DNA of 64,000 nt. It comes from a virus. Below are positions 28,533 through 38,297 of the stretch, one piece after another (within the stretch, counting starts at the first letter, position 1; each line of letters starts with the position of its first letter). A model generated the notes under the pieces. The model saw nothing but the letters and a program-made list of their open reading frames with translations. It searched no databases and was not told the origin of the DNA. The stretch lies in the IMG/VR virus record IMGVR_UViG_3300010885_015027, positions 1 to 64,000 of that record. The stretch is one strand, 5' to 3'. The position numbers and the translations under genes were made by a program.

Positions 28533-31049
28533 ATGGATAAAATTTATACGAATATTCAGTCCTGGGGAAATACGCTGTATGTTCGATATCTTGAGAATGG
28601 TAAAAAATCACAAGAACGGATAACCGATTTTCATCCTCGTGTCTGGATTCCTGCGTCGACAGTATCAACGCAGACGGATTATAAGAATCTACAAGATTAT
28701 CCTGTAATCGAGTTTGATGCAGGGAATATTAAAGAAACTCGTGATTTCATCGAACGAAACAGGGGTGTAGGAAATTTTGCTGTGTATGGCAATATACAAC
28801 CTCAATATCAGTGGATTTCACAAAATTGTACTGGGTCTATTCCTTGGAAGACATCAGATATTGTAGTTGCTTATATCGATATTGAATGTACTTGTGAGAA
28901 TGGGTTTCCTTCTATCTCTGATGCGGCTGAAGAGATTAATGCCATCACTATTAAGTTCTCTAATCTAGAAAAAAAGATCGTTCTTGGCTTTGATCATTTT
29001 TCTGGTGAGATTGACAATGCAATCTATATTCCTTGTGAGACAGAAGAAATTCTTCTAGATAAATTCTTGAAGGTTTGGAAATCTAATTATCCCGATATTG
29101 TTTCCGGATGGCACGTTAAATTCTTCGATATTCCTTATCTAATTAATAGAATTAGCCGTGTATTTGGTGAATCGAAAACAAAATGTATTTCTCCTTGGAA
29201 TATTCTTCGTGAAGAAACCATCGAGATAATGGGTAAGAAAGTTCAGACATATGATATGTTTGGTATCGCAATTCTAGATTATTTAGATCTATACAAGAAA
29301 TTCACTTATTCTGCGCAAGAGAGTTACAAATTAGATTACATTGCTTCTGTTGAATTGGGTGAGAAGAAGCTAGATTATTCGGAACACGGTTCTCTTCATC
29401 TCCTGTATAAAGAAGATTATAATAAATTCATCCAATACAATGCGAAAGACGTAGATCTTGTTGTCTCGCTCGAGAATAAGATGAAATTAATTGAATTAGC
29501 CATGACAATGGCTTATGATGCTAAAGTTAATTTCGATGATGTTTTCTCTCAGGTAAGAATGTGGGATGTGATTATCTATAATCATCTCTTATCAAAAGGA
29601 TACGTTATCCCTGATAGGCAGGAATCTAGAAAGGAAGAAATTGAAGGAGCTTATGTAAAAGAACCGAAACCTGGATTCTATAACTGGGTCGTGTCATTCG
29701 ATTTACAATCTCTATATCCCCATTTAATCATGGGTGGTAATTTCTCTCCTGATACTATCGTAGATAAAATTATTCCTGGTGTATCTGTTGATCGCTTATT
29801 GACAAAATCTGTAGATCTCACTAATCTGACAGAAAACAATTATTCTATGTCGGCCACTGGCCAGTTATATACACGTGATAAATATGGCTTCCTTGCCGAG
29901 CTTATGTCATGGATGTTCGAACAACGAAAAATCTATAAAACTAAGATGATTCAAGCAGAGAAAGATCTGGAAGAAGCAAAGAAGACTGGCCAGGATACAT
30001 CACAAATTATTAATGATATTTCTAAGTATAAGAATCTTCAGATGGCCAAGAAGATTGCGTTGAATTCAGCTTATGGAGCAATTTGCAATCGCTACTGTAG
30101 ATATTCTGATAAAAGAATAGCAGAATCGATTACTATTACTGGTCAACTAGCTATCCGTTGGATTTCAAATAGATTAAATGAGTATTTACAGAATCTATTG
30201 AAAACTAGAAAGGATTATGTGATAGCTGCTGATACAGACTCGTGTATTTTAAATCTTGAAGATGTTGTTACTAAATTCTTCCCAAATAAAACAAAAGAAC
30301 AGATTATTGATCTGATTGATGAGACTTGTCAAGTTAAATTGCAAAAAGTAATTAATGATTCATACGAAGATCTAGCAGTTTATTTAAATTCATATTCACA
30401 AAAAATGATTATGAAAAGAGAAGCTATCGCCGATCGTGGTATCTGGACTGCAAAGAAGAGATATATCTTATCTGTATATGATTCTGAAGGAGTTAGATAT
30501 ACAGAACCGAAATTAAAGATTATGGGTATTGAAGCGATTAAATCATCAACTCCCAAATTTTGTCGAGATAAGATTAAAGAAGCAATTAAGATTATCATGA
30601 CTGGTAATCAAAAAGATTTACATAATTATATGGATAAAATCAAGGAGATGTTTTTAACACTTCCTCCCGAAGATATCGCATTTCCTAGAGGAGTTAATAA
30701 TCTATCAACATACTCTTCTAATATTTCAATATACACAAAAGGAACTCCAATTCATGTAAGAGGGTCGCTTCTATTCAATAATCTATTGAAGAAAAATGAT
30801 CTACTTAAATCTTATACACAAATTCATGAAGGTGAGAAGATTAAGTTTTTGTATCTGAAAGAACCGAATCCTATTCGTGAGAATGTTATTTCTTTTAATT
30901 CAATTTTACCACATGAGTTTGGATTACACAAATACATAGATTATAATCTTCAATTTCAGAAAACTTTCGTAGAACCAATTTCTACAATTTTAGAAGCTAT
31001 TTCTTGGTCATCGGAAACGAAATCTACTCTAGATTCCTTCTTTGACTAA
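28533..31049 (+). CDS. 43: family B DNA polymerase
   Basis: DIE exonuclease motif, SFDLQSLYP, KIALNSAYG, DTDS, KKRY. Confidence 0.97.
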   Translation: MDKIYTNIQSWGNTLYVRYLENGKKSQERITDFHPRVWIPASTVSTQTDYKNLQDYPVIEFDAGNIKETRDFIERNRGVGNFAVYGNIQPQYQWISQNCTGSIPWKTSDIVVAYIDIECTCENGFPSISDAAEEINAITIKFSNLEKKIVLGFDHFSGEIDNAIYIPCETEEILLDKFLKVWKSNYPDIVSGWHVKFFDIPYLINRISRVFGESKTKCISPWNILREETIEIMGKKVQTYDMFGIAILDYLDLYKKFTYSAQESYKLDYIASVELGEKKLDYSEHGSLHLLYKEDYNKFIQYNAKDVDLVVSLENKMKLIELAMTMAYDAKVNFDDVFSQVRMWDVIIYNHLLSKGYVIPDRQESRKEEIEGAYVKEPKPGFYNWVVSFDLQSLYPHLIMGGNFSPDTIVDKIIPGVSVDRLLTKSVDLTNLTENNYSMSATGQLYTRDKYGFLAELMSWMFEQRKIYKTKMIQAEKDLEEAKKTGQDTSQIINDISKYKNLQMAKKIALNSAYGAICNRYCRYSDKRIAESITITGQLAIRWISNRLNEYLQNLLKTRKDYVIAADTDSCILNLEDVVTKFFPNKTKEQIIDLIDETCQVKLQKVINDSYEDLAVYLNSYSQKMIMKREAIADRGIWTAKKRYILSVYDSEGVRYTEPKLKIMGIEAIKSSTPKFCRDKIKEAIKIIMTGNQKDLHNYMDKIKEMFLTLPPEDIAFPRGVNNLSTYSSNISIYTKGTPIHVRGSLLFNNLLKKNDLLKSYTQIHEGEKIKFLYLKEPNPIRENVISFNSILPHEFGLHKYIDYNLQFQKTFVEPISTILEAISWSSETKSTLDSFFD

Positions 31050-31099
31050 ATATTATAAACAGGTAGCTCCTGTATCAAACAGCAAAAGGTAAACAACAA

Positions 31100-32134
31100 A
31101 TGAATAAACTATTAGACAAGCTTCAGAAAGCTGGTTCGATTAAAAATGCAGAGATTCTTTCTGAATCTTCTTTCTTTAATGTGAAAGATTGCATTAGTAC
31201 CGAACTACCGATTCTCAATATTGCATTTTCCGGAGAAATTGGTGGTGGATTAATTCCTGGGTTAACTGTGATTGCAGGACAATCTAAATCATACAAAACC
31301 CTATTATCTCTGTATTGTATGAAAGCTTATTTCGATAAGTACAAAGATTCAGTTGCGCTTCTTTATGATTCAGAATTTGGCATTACTCCTGAATATCTTA
31401 CTATGAATGGGATTGACGCTTCTAGAATTATTCATATTCCAATCGAACATATCGAACAACTTAAATTTGATATTGTAAAGAGATTAAATGAAATTGTACG
31501 TGGTGATAAAGTATTCATCATGATCGATTCAATCGGATCGCTTTCTTCTAAAAAAGAAGTAGACGATGCCACTGATGAGAAGTCAGTAGCCGATATGACT
31601 CGTGCTAAATCTATCAGATCATTACTAAGAATTATTACACCACATCTTACGATGAAAGATATTCCGTGTCTTGCAGTGAATCACGTCTACCAGACAATGG
31701 AAATGTACAGTAAAGCAATTGTGGGTGGTGGTACTGCTGTTACATATTCCGCAAATCAAATCTTTATCGTCACAAGATCACAAGAAAAAGATGGAACTGA
31801 CTTAGTTGGTTACAACTTCACAATCAACATCGAAAAATCTAGATTCGTTAAAGAAAAGAGTAAATTAACATTCAATGTAAAATTTGATGATGGGATCAAC
31901 AAATACTCTGGCTTAATGGATATTGCTCTAGAATCAGGACATGTCATTAAACCGAAAGTTGGTTGGTATCAGAAACTAGGGGAAGAGAAGAATTATAGAT
32001 TAGATAAAACTAACACTGCAGAATTTTGGAATCCTTTATTGGAAGATAGCTCGTTTAAAGATTTCGTTATCTATAAATTCAAACTAACTAGTAAAATTTT
32101 AGTTGAGGAAGAAGAATTTGTGGTAGAAGATTAG
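31100..32134 (+). CDS. uvsX: UvsX recombinase
   Basis: AGQSKSYKT, YDSEFG, IDSIG, ADMTRAK. Confidence 0.95.
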   Translation: MNKLLDKLQKAGSIKNAEILSESSFFNVKDCISTELPILNIAFSGEIGGGLIPGLTVIAGQSKSYKTLLSLYCMKAYFDKYKDSVALLYDSEFGITPEYLTMNGIDASRIIHIPIEHIEQLKFDIVKRLNEIVRGDKVFIMIDSIGSLSSKKEVDDATDEKSVADMTRAKSIRSLLRIITPHLTMKDIPCLAVNHVYQTMEMYSKAIVGGGTAVTYSANQIFIVTRSQEKDGTDLVGYNFTINIEKSRFVKEKSKLTFNVKFDDGINKYSGLMDIALESGHVIKPKVGWYQKLGEEKNYRLDKTNTAEFWNPLLEDSSFKDFVIYKFKLTSKILVEEEEFVVED

Positions 32135-32145
32135 AGGTAACTTGA

Positions 32146-32493
32146 ATGGCCAAGAAAAAAAGCATTAATGAAGAAAAGAATAAATCTTCGGATAACATTA
32201 AAGTAACATTTTTAATCACCGATCAGAAAAACGAACAATCAGATAAAATAGTATTTAAAATTGATGATGGCCCCTTTTCTGGATGTATTGTCAATATACA
32301 AGATTTTAAATTTTCAGATGAGAATTCTACAATAATGTTGTTTAATTATAATCTCGTTCATATTCCAGATGGAATCACGATTAACGATAAAAAAATCCAA
32401 AGCTTTATCAAGAAAGCTGTTGGAAATATATTACGGCATGCTGTAAGAAACAATTTTGAAGAAACATCAAATTGCGTTTATGTTGAAGAATAA
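32146..32493 (+). CDS. hypothetical protein (gp40 position)
   Basis: Lies between uvsX and 41. Confidence 0.6.
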   Translation: MAKKKSINEEKNKSSDNIKVTFLITDQKNEQSDKIVFKIDDGPFSGCIVNIQDFKFSDENSTIMLFNYNLVHIPDGITINDKKIQSFIKKAVGNILRHAVRNNFEETSNCVYVEE

Positions 32494-32531
32494 ATTTTGA
32501 CTATTACAATGAATTAAGGTATAATATATAT

Positions 32532-33935
32532 ATGAATGTTGAACACCTGGTTTTAAAAAATCTATTACATAATGAAGAATTTGTACGATCTGTATTGCCA
32601 TTCATAAAACAAGAATATTTTTCTGATTCTAATGATCGGGCAATATTTAATTTTATCAAAACATTCGTTAATGAATACAATAAACAAGCTACTCCAGAAG
32701 CCATTAAAATTTTGGCTTCTGAATCCAAAAAGATTAGGATTGAAGATGCAGAAGTAATCTCTAATTTATTGGATTCTTGGCATACTTCTGAATCCACAGA
32801 ATTAGCTTTCTTGATTAATCAGACAGAAATCTTTTGTAAAGATAAAGCTCTGCATAATGCGATCTTAGATTCTATCAAAATCATCACTGATGTTAAAGAC
32901 ACTAGAGAAAAAGGATCAATTCCTGAGATCTTAAAAGAAGCACTTGCTATTACTTTTGATCCTTCAGTTGGCCATGATTTAGTTTGTGATGCTGAAACGA
33001 GATACGATTTCTATCATAAGAAAGAAGAAAGAATTCGTTTTGATATTCAGAATTTAAATTATATTACCGGAGGAGGAATCCCTCGTAAAACACTTAACAT
33101 TATTGTAGCTGGTGTGAATGTTGGAAAATCACTTGCAATGTGTCATATGGCTTCTGCTAATATGATTAATGGCAAGAATGTGTTGTATATTACATGTGAA
33201 ATGGCTGAAGAAAGAATTGCTGAAAGAATCGATGCCAATCTTCTAGATCTTTCGTTAGATACTTTGCGACAAGTAACAAAGAAACAATTTATGTCATTGA
33301 TTGACAATCTAAAGAATAGAACTACTGGTAAATTGGTTATCAAGGAATACCCTACTGGTTCTGCGAACGTATCGCATTTTAGATATCTTCTACATGAACT
33401 TGCCATTAAGAAGAATTTTATCCCAGATATTATCTATATTGATTATTTGAATATCTGTTCTTCGTCAAGAATTAAAAATAACGGACTAGCTAATTCTTAT
33501 ACATTAGTTAAATCTATTGCTGAAGAAGTTCGTGGATTAGCTGTTGAGGCGAATCTACCAATTGTTACAGCAACACAATTTACAAGATCTGGCGCTTCTG
33601 ATTCTGATGCTGATATGTCTGATATTGCAGAAAGTTTCGGAGTTGCCGCCACTGCCGATTTAGCAATTGCTCTGATTAATACTGAAGAATTAGAAACTCT
33701 TGGTCAATTAATGATTAAACAATTGAAGAATAGATATAATGATGTGACCAAGAATAAGAAATTCTTAGTTGGGATTGACAGAAGCAAGATGAGGCTTTTT
33801 GATATTGGGGATATTCAAATTGATGATAGTGATAGCGGTTTACATGATCCTTATAAAGATCATTCGTATGGTAAAACGCAGAGCTCTTCAGGTGGGTCTT
33901 CTTATAAGAAGAATTTTGACGGGTTTAAATTCTGA
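32532..33935 (+). CDS. 41: replicative helicase gp41
   Basis: AGVNVGKS, EMAEERIAERIDAN, IDYLNIC, TATQ, QLKNRY. Confidence 0.96.
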   Translation: MNVEHLVLKNLLHNEEFVRSVLPFIKQEYFSDSNDRAIFNFIKTFVNEYNKQATPEAIKILASESKKIRIEDAEVISNLLDSWHTSESTELAFLINQTEIFCKDKALHNAILDSIKIITDVKDTREKGSIPEILKEALAITFDPSVGHDLVCDAETRYDFYHKKEERIRFDIQNLNYITGGGIPRKTLNIIVAGVNVGKSLAMCHMASANMINGKNVLYITCEMAEERIAERIDANLLDLSLDTLRQVTKKQFMSLIDNLKNRTTGKLVIKEYPTGSANVSHFRYLLHELAIKKNFIPDIIYIDYLNICSSSRIKNNGLANSYTLVKSIAEEVRGLAVEANLPIVTATQFTRSGASDSDADMSDIAESFGVAATADLAIALINTEELETLGQLMIKQLKNRYNDVTKNKKFLVGIDRSKMRLFDIGDIQIDDSDSGLHDPYKDHSYGKTQSSSGGSSYKKNFDGFKF

Positions 33936-33944
33936 TAAAATGAA

Positions 33945-33964
33945 AGGGAACCTTACGGTTCCCT
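33945..33964. terminator. hairpin between convergent genes 41 and rnlA
   Basis: AGGGAACC-TTAC-GGTTCCCT. Confidence 0.65.
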
Positions 33965-35089
33965 GTAATTTAAACGTTCTACGAGAATATCTAAAACTTT
34001 TTCCGGTTGCATAATAGACAACCAATCTACTGCCGTATTAATCTTTCCAGATCTTCTCATATAGAAATATGAGTGTATTTGTAGATTGAAAGTTTTCTGA
34101 ACAAAAAGAGCGAATTCTTTCTGAGTCTTATCAAGCCACTTTTCTTCTACGATATCAGAATCCCATTCAGCATCCAGGAGTTCCGCAGTCCTATCCAAAT
34201 ATATTTTAATATCATCGAATCTAATTTTAAGATCAGGAAAATAAGCAAATAATTCAGAATCTTCCCCAGTACGGATTAGCTCAATAATCCGGATATCATT
34301 GAGACAATTCTTAGAGTGATGAATTAAAACATATTTCTCAGATTTAACTTTGATCCGATTAAAGTTCTTATCAACAAGAACAAATCCTTCTTGTTGCGAA
34401 GGATCCAATTCTTTCGCCGCAATCAAGATCTCTTCGATGGTTGTCATGGGAAATGACCGGACAACATCAAAACACTCACGATATAAATTAACTGGAAACT
34501 CGACACCAGTTTCGTTATCACGAACACCGATAAGAGTTAATTTTCCATTATTGGATAACTGGGAGGTAACGATGCGATTATATTTTGATGTTAATTCGAA
34601 TAGATAAGTGTTCCTAGGATCCAGATTTGCAGTTGCGGAATAAGCCTGCTTATGGAAAGTTTCCCAGAATAGCTCGGCGAAAGTGAATGGATGATCTCCC
34701 ACAGTTCCATTGGCAGCAGGAGATCCTTTGGTGGCAACATTCCACTTACCAACATAATGATACAAGATCATTAATGATCCATCAATCTTCTCCTGCGCAA
34801 CAAATGCGGACCAATCAAACGTGCCGCCATCAATGACGTCCTCACCCCAATTAAAGAAACGATCAAATGGGCGAGAGATTACTTTCCAGTCATTAGCACG
34901 ATCAAGAATGATTCCACGAGATTCCCGAACCATCGGATGATCTTTAATTTTCGAAGAACTAATTTGATCATATGTGAATTGGTATAGATCTGGATAATCA
35001 TTATGTTGTTTTGAGAAGATACCATATTCCGATGATAACTTCAACCGATCACCGTGATTATCTAACAGAAATTTCTGCAGTGTTAACAT
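33953..35089 (-). CDS. rnlA: RNA ligase 1
   Basis: RESRGIIL, FDRFFN, EKIDGSL, FELTS, EGFV, KVKS. Confidence 0.9.
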   Translation of the reverse strand: MLTLQKFLLDNHGDRLKLSSEYGIFSKQHNDYPDLYQFTYDQISSSKIKDHPMVRESRGIILDRANDWKVISRPFDRFFNWGEDVIDGGTFDWSAFVAQEKIDGSLMILYHYVGKWNVATKGSPAANGTVGDHPFTFAELFWETFHKQAYSATANLDPRNTYLFELTSKYNRIVTSQLSNNGKLTLIGVRDNETGVEFPVNLYRECFDVVRSFPMTTIEEILIAAKELDPSQQEGFVLVDKNFNRIKVKSEKYVLIHHSKNCLNDIRIIELIRTGEDSELFAYFPDLKIRFDDIKIYLDRTAELLDAEWDSDIVEEKWLDKTQKEFALFVQKTFNLQIHSYFYMRRSGKINTAVDWLSIMQPEKVLDILVERLNYREP

Positions 35090-35118
35090 ATTAATGTCCT
35101 AAAATTTTATTTAGTTTG

Positions 35119-35397
35119 TCAAAACATATCTACGAAAATTGTATTCTTATTATTTCTCATTTCTTCGACCCAGGTCAAAAATTCATAGATTGCGGATTGA
35201 TTGTAATACCGATTTTCTGATCCGAAACGTACTGCGAGACTTTCCATTTCATCTACACATTGTTGAATCGGATCTGGTGAATTGATAATGCGTGAGGAGG
35301 TAGCCCAATTAAATTGAGGAATCGGAGCTTCTTCGATCATTTCTCCGAAGATAAGATCATTATCTGTCTGCGTGAAAAACTTAACATTCATGCTCAT
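35119..35397 (-). CDS. hypothetical protein
   Basis: ORF in early operon. Confidence 0.6.
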   Translation of the reverse strand: MSMNVKFFTQTDNDLIFGEMIEEAPIPQFNWATSSRIINSPDPIQQCVDEMESLAVRFGSENRYYNQSAIYEFLTWVEEMRNNKNTIFVDMF

Positions 35398-35407
35398 AAT
35401 AGTAGTT

Positions 35408-35689
35408 CTAGAAAAGGCAACCGTTGAGTTCCCATTGATCTAATGTTTCTTCGATTTCAGAATCAGAATCAGAGTCGTCGTAATAAATTCCAAATAGATC
35501 ATCTGGAAGATCTAAATCGATTAACTCGTTTTCGTGTTGATCACGATAATGTCTAGCCCAACGTTGCAGTCGGCGACATTCAAAACGCATAAAGAAATCG
35601 CCTCCGTCATATTTCTTGATCAATAGTACATTTACTGCATCGTCAATCGCCATCAAAAAAAGTTCACGATGATTTGTTGGATATTTCAT
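35408..35689 (-). CDS. hypothetical protein
   Basis: ORF in early operon. Confidence 0.6.
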   Translation of the reverse strand: MKYPTNHRELFLMAIDDAVNVLLIKKYDGGDFFMRFECRRLQRWARHYRDQHENELIDLDLPDDLFGIYYDDSDSDSEIEETLDQWELNGCLF

Positions 35690-35750
35690 ATTAAAAATTT
35701 AGATCCTCTAGTTAATTCTTCTAGACAAAACACATGTTCAAATCGAATAT

Positions 35751-36077
35751 TTAACATTCAAATATAGCTTCAAGAAAATCGTCAGCAAGGGCAAGATCCG
35801 GATACTTCTCAATTAACATCATTTTAATATCATAGTCGCCAGCGGAAAATTCATTCAGATCTTCAATACTGAGAAGAGCTAATGTCTTTTCAATTTTCTC
35901 AATCTGATCAAGATCGAACGATCTAGAAACTTCACGATTCTCCGCATCAGACCAAACCTTATAGGACTTCTTGACAGTTTGGGACTTCGTTTGACGGAGG
36001 TCTTCATCCGCACGAAGAAAATTAATCGCAGCGAGAAGAACGGGGCAATTCATTTTAGTGATAATAATCTTTTCCAT
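35751..36077 (-). CDS. leaderless early protein sharing a domain with the 61769-63655 proteins
   Basis: Start MEKII 6 nt after TACAAT; DL..IE..L..EF..GD..KY..L.LADDFL. Confidence 0.7.
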   Translation of the reverse strand: MEKIIITKMNCPVLLAAINFLRADEDLRQTKSQTVKKSYKVWSDAENREVSRSFDLDQIEKIEKTLALLSIEDLNEFSAGDYDIKMMLIEKYPDLALADDFLEAIFEC

Positions 36078-36127
36078 AGAACCATTGTACCTTATTGGAA
36101 CACCCAAAGCAAGGGAATCTCGAAACT

Positions 36128-36378
36128 ATATTCTATTTAGTTTCAATCACTTGCACCAAGTCGTTGAAAACAAAGGAGATATAGTTTTGTGATCTCTGTG
36201 GACGATTTATTGCGATCCAACGTACCCTAGGACCTCCAAAGCCCACCGATTCGTTGCAGCTCATCTGGAGGATCGTGAGAGGATCGTGAGAACGATCAAG
36301 ACCAAATTAACCAAGAATAAACTGTATCTCCTTCTGAATCAGTCACTTGCAAGGAGTCACTGAAAACAAAGGAGATAT
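36128..36378. repeat. palindrome - spacer (family 2) - palindrome, between divergent promoters
   Basis: Palindromes at 36128-36182 and 36324-36378. Confidence 0.85.
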
Positions 36379-36430
36379 TCTTTCGAGGCCTCCTTGCTAT
36401 TGATGTTCCACTAAGGTATAATGGTTCTAT

Positions 36431-37183
36431 ATGAAAAAGTTAACTGCTGACGAATATCGCCAACTTTCTCGTGGTCAGATTCAAGAGCGTGAGGATTCGT
36501 TCGATCGATGCGACACCGATGGATTTCTCTCTCAATGGGCTTCGGGTATCAATTCAAATCTGAATCTGAGATTAGCCGAATTGGCTGAAGCTGGATGGGT
36601 TTCTGAATTTCCTGGTCTTTTCGACATCAAAACTGGTGAGCGTGTTCAAGCAAAGATTATCTATGTCAAAGATCGGTTCTCTTATAATGGTGCTCTGAAG
36701 TCACTTTGGGCGATTATCGATCCCAAAACTGAAAAGTTCACTGGCGTCTTTCTTCCTGAAGGCGAAAATTCTCGAAAGCAGAAGAAACTAGGATTCTTTC
36801 AGAAGAAAGAAATCGCCCCTGCTTATGCCAAAATCGACGGCGTTGGTCGTGGTCTTTCCGGTTCGGTTTGGATTTCTGTGTATCGCACAGATGGTGGTTA
36901 TCCCAAGGAGATGCGATCGGCGGTCACGACACGTGAAGAAGTTGTTGAATATATCATCCAGAATAAAACGGATAATCTTGAGTTGATTTCAACCTCGAAT
37001 AAAGTTTCTTCCAACGGAAAGGACTATATTCAGATATCCTTCAAAAATGGAAATTGTGGGATTTTGCTCGATGTTTATGGGCCGAAGTTTATTCTTGGTA
37101 AACAAACCATCGATCGTTCTGCTCGACCCACATTTAATTCTATCGATGATACTCTTGAGTATATTAATCGGACCCGTGAATAG
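36431..37183 (+). CDS. leaderless early hypothetical protein
   Basis: TTGCTA-17-TATAAT at 36394-36422; SFDRCDTDGFLSQWA motif. Confidence 0.75.
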   Translation: MKKLTADEYRQLSRGQIQEREDSFDRCDTDGFLSQWASGINSNLNLRLAELAEAGWVSEFPGLFDIKTGERVQAKIIYVKDRFSYNGALKSLWAIIDPKTEKFTGVFLPEGENSRKQKKLGFFQKKEIAPAYAKIDGVGRGLSGSVWISVYRTDGGYPKEMRSAVTTREEVVEYIIQNKTDNLELISTSNKVSSNGKDYIQISFKNGNCGILLDVYGPKFILGKQTIDRSARPTFNSIDDTLEYINRTRE

Positions 37184-37214
37184 TCTTGCTTGATTAAACG
37201 AAAATGGAGTTATT

Positions 37215-37466
37215 ATGTCTAATCTTAGTATCCCATACAGAATAATTAGATGGGCGATTTTTCGCCTGGAAATTTTATTACATCACACACCAGAAGATCG
37301 TGCTCTTGTAGAAGTTAGGGCAAATATCCAAGACAGAAAAGGGTGTGTCGACACACACCGTGCTGTAGTGAGTAATCTATTCGGAGAGTATTCTCAAGAA
37401 CTGAGAGATATTAATACACTCATACGATTTCAAGAGTTTAAGAACAAGAGAAAAGATGGCCTGTAA
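37215..37466 (+). CDS. hypothetical protein
   Basis: GGAG Shine-Dalgarno. Confidence 0.55.
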   Translation: MSNLSIPYRIIRWAIFRLEILLHHTPEDRALVEVRANIQDRKGCVDTHRAVVSNLFGEYSQELRDINTLIRFQEFKNKRKDGL

Positions 37467-37474
37467 CAAAGATC

Positions 37475-37912
37475 ATGATTACAACCGACCAGGGAATCAA
37501 CAATCTAGAAATTCTGATGGATTTCATCCAACAAACTCTGTCCACAGAAATAAATTTTTTCCCATTCGGTGAGGATAATAACGAATTTCCTGTAGACGCT
37601 TGTGTGTTTCTGTGTGAAGGTTCACATGTTATTGACATTTATGTTGATGATATATCCTCTAATCTTGAGGCTATAATATCTTGTCTAATACATGAGATGG
37701 GTCATATTCTGTGTTATGAACAAGTTGGAAATAATCACACTGAACAGGACGCTTGGGACGCCGCAGTACTGGGTCTTCCGAAAGAATTAATCCCAGAAAC
37801 ATTCGAAGGAATTAAGGAATATTCTCTTTCAGAATATGATGAAATAGAAGAGGATAGTAATCGACATCCCAATTTATTCAATATTTTATATAATTTCCTG
37901 AATTATAAATAA
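37475..37912 (+). CDS. HExxH metallopeptidase-like protein
   Basis: LIHEMGH..HTEQDAW. Confidence 0.65.
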   Translation: MITTDQGINNLEILMDFIQQTLSTEINFFPFGEDNNEFPVDACVFLCEGSHVIDIYVDDISSNLEAIISCLIHEMGHILCYEQVGNNHTEQDAWDAAVLGLPKELIPETFEGIKEYSLSEYDEIEEDSNRHPNLFNILYNFLNYK

Positions 37913-37917
37913 TATTT

Positions 37918-38182
37918 GTTGAGTGATGATCTAGACTGAAAGCTTCTTGGACGGGAGTTCGACTCTCCCCTCATCCACCAAAAGTACATTCGATACGAGA
38001 GTGTATTTTTGATGGGTGAGCAATTGGTTTCGACAGGATGAACTAGGAACAGGGAATTCAACCAGTAGACGACTACTGTAACAAGCGTAAACTATAACTG
38101 TCAATACAAATGTAATGGCAATGAGTGCCGCAGCTTAGGCTGTAACACTCGGGGGAATTATCCCTTGCAACAGAAAATAATT
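37918..38182 (+). ncRNA. ssrA: circularly permuted (two-piece) tmRNA
   Basis: 3' piece with T arm GGGAGTTCGACTCTCCC and CTCATCCACCA ends at 37980; 5' piece GGGTGAG..GGTTTCGAC starts at 38014; G3.U70 pair; tag VNTNVMAMSAAA* at 38100-38138. Confidence 0.9.
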
Positions 38183-38184
38183 GA

Positions 38185-38215
38185 AAAATGGAGGGACCCA
38201 AATCCCTCCATTTTC
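38185..38215 (+). terminator. terminator after tmRNA
   Basis: AAAATGGAGGGA..TCCCTCCATTTT. Confidence 0.8.
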
Positions 38216-38297
38216 ACATTTGAAATACAAGACTGATTATAGTAGCAATTTAAAGCTAAATATATGTGTTCTTATGTAATTTAAAGAGACGTGAACC

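Noticed and set aside
30220-30245. Polymerase motif AADTDS instead of YxDTDS
   Set aside because: Similar substitutions are common in T4-like gp43 proteins and the catalytic Asp residues are intact
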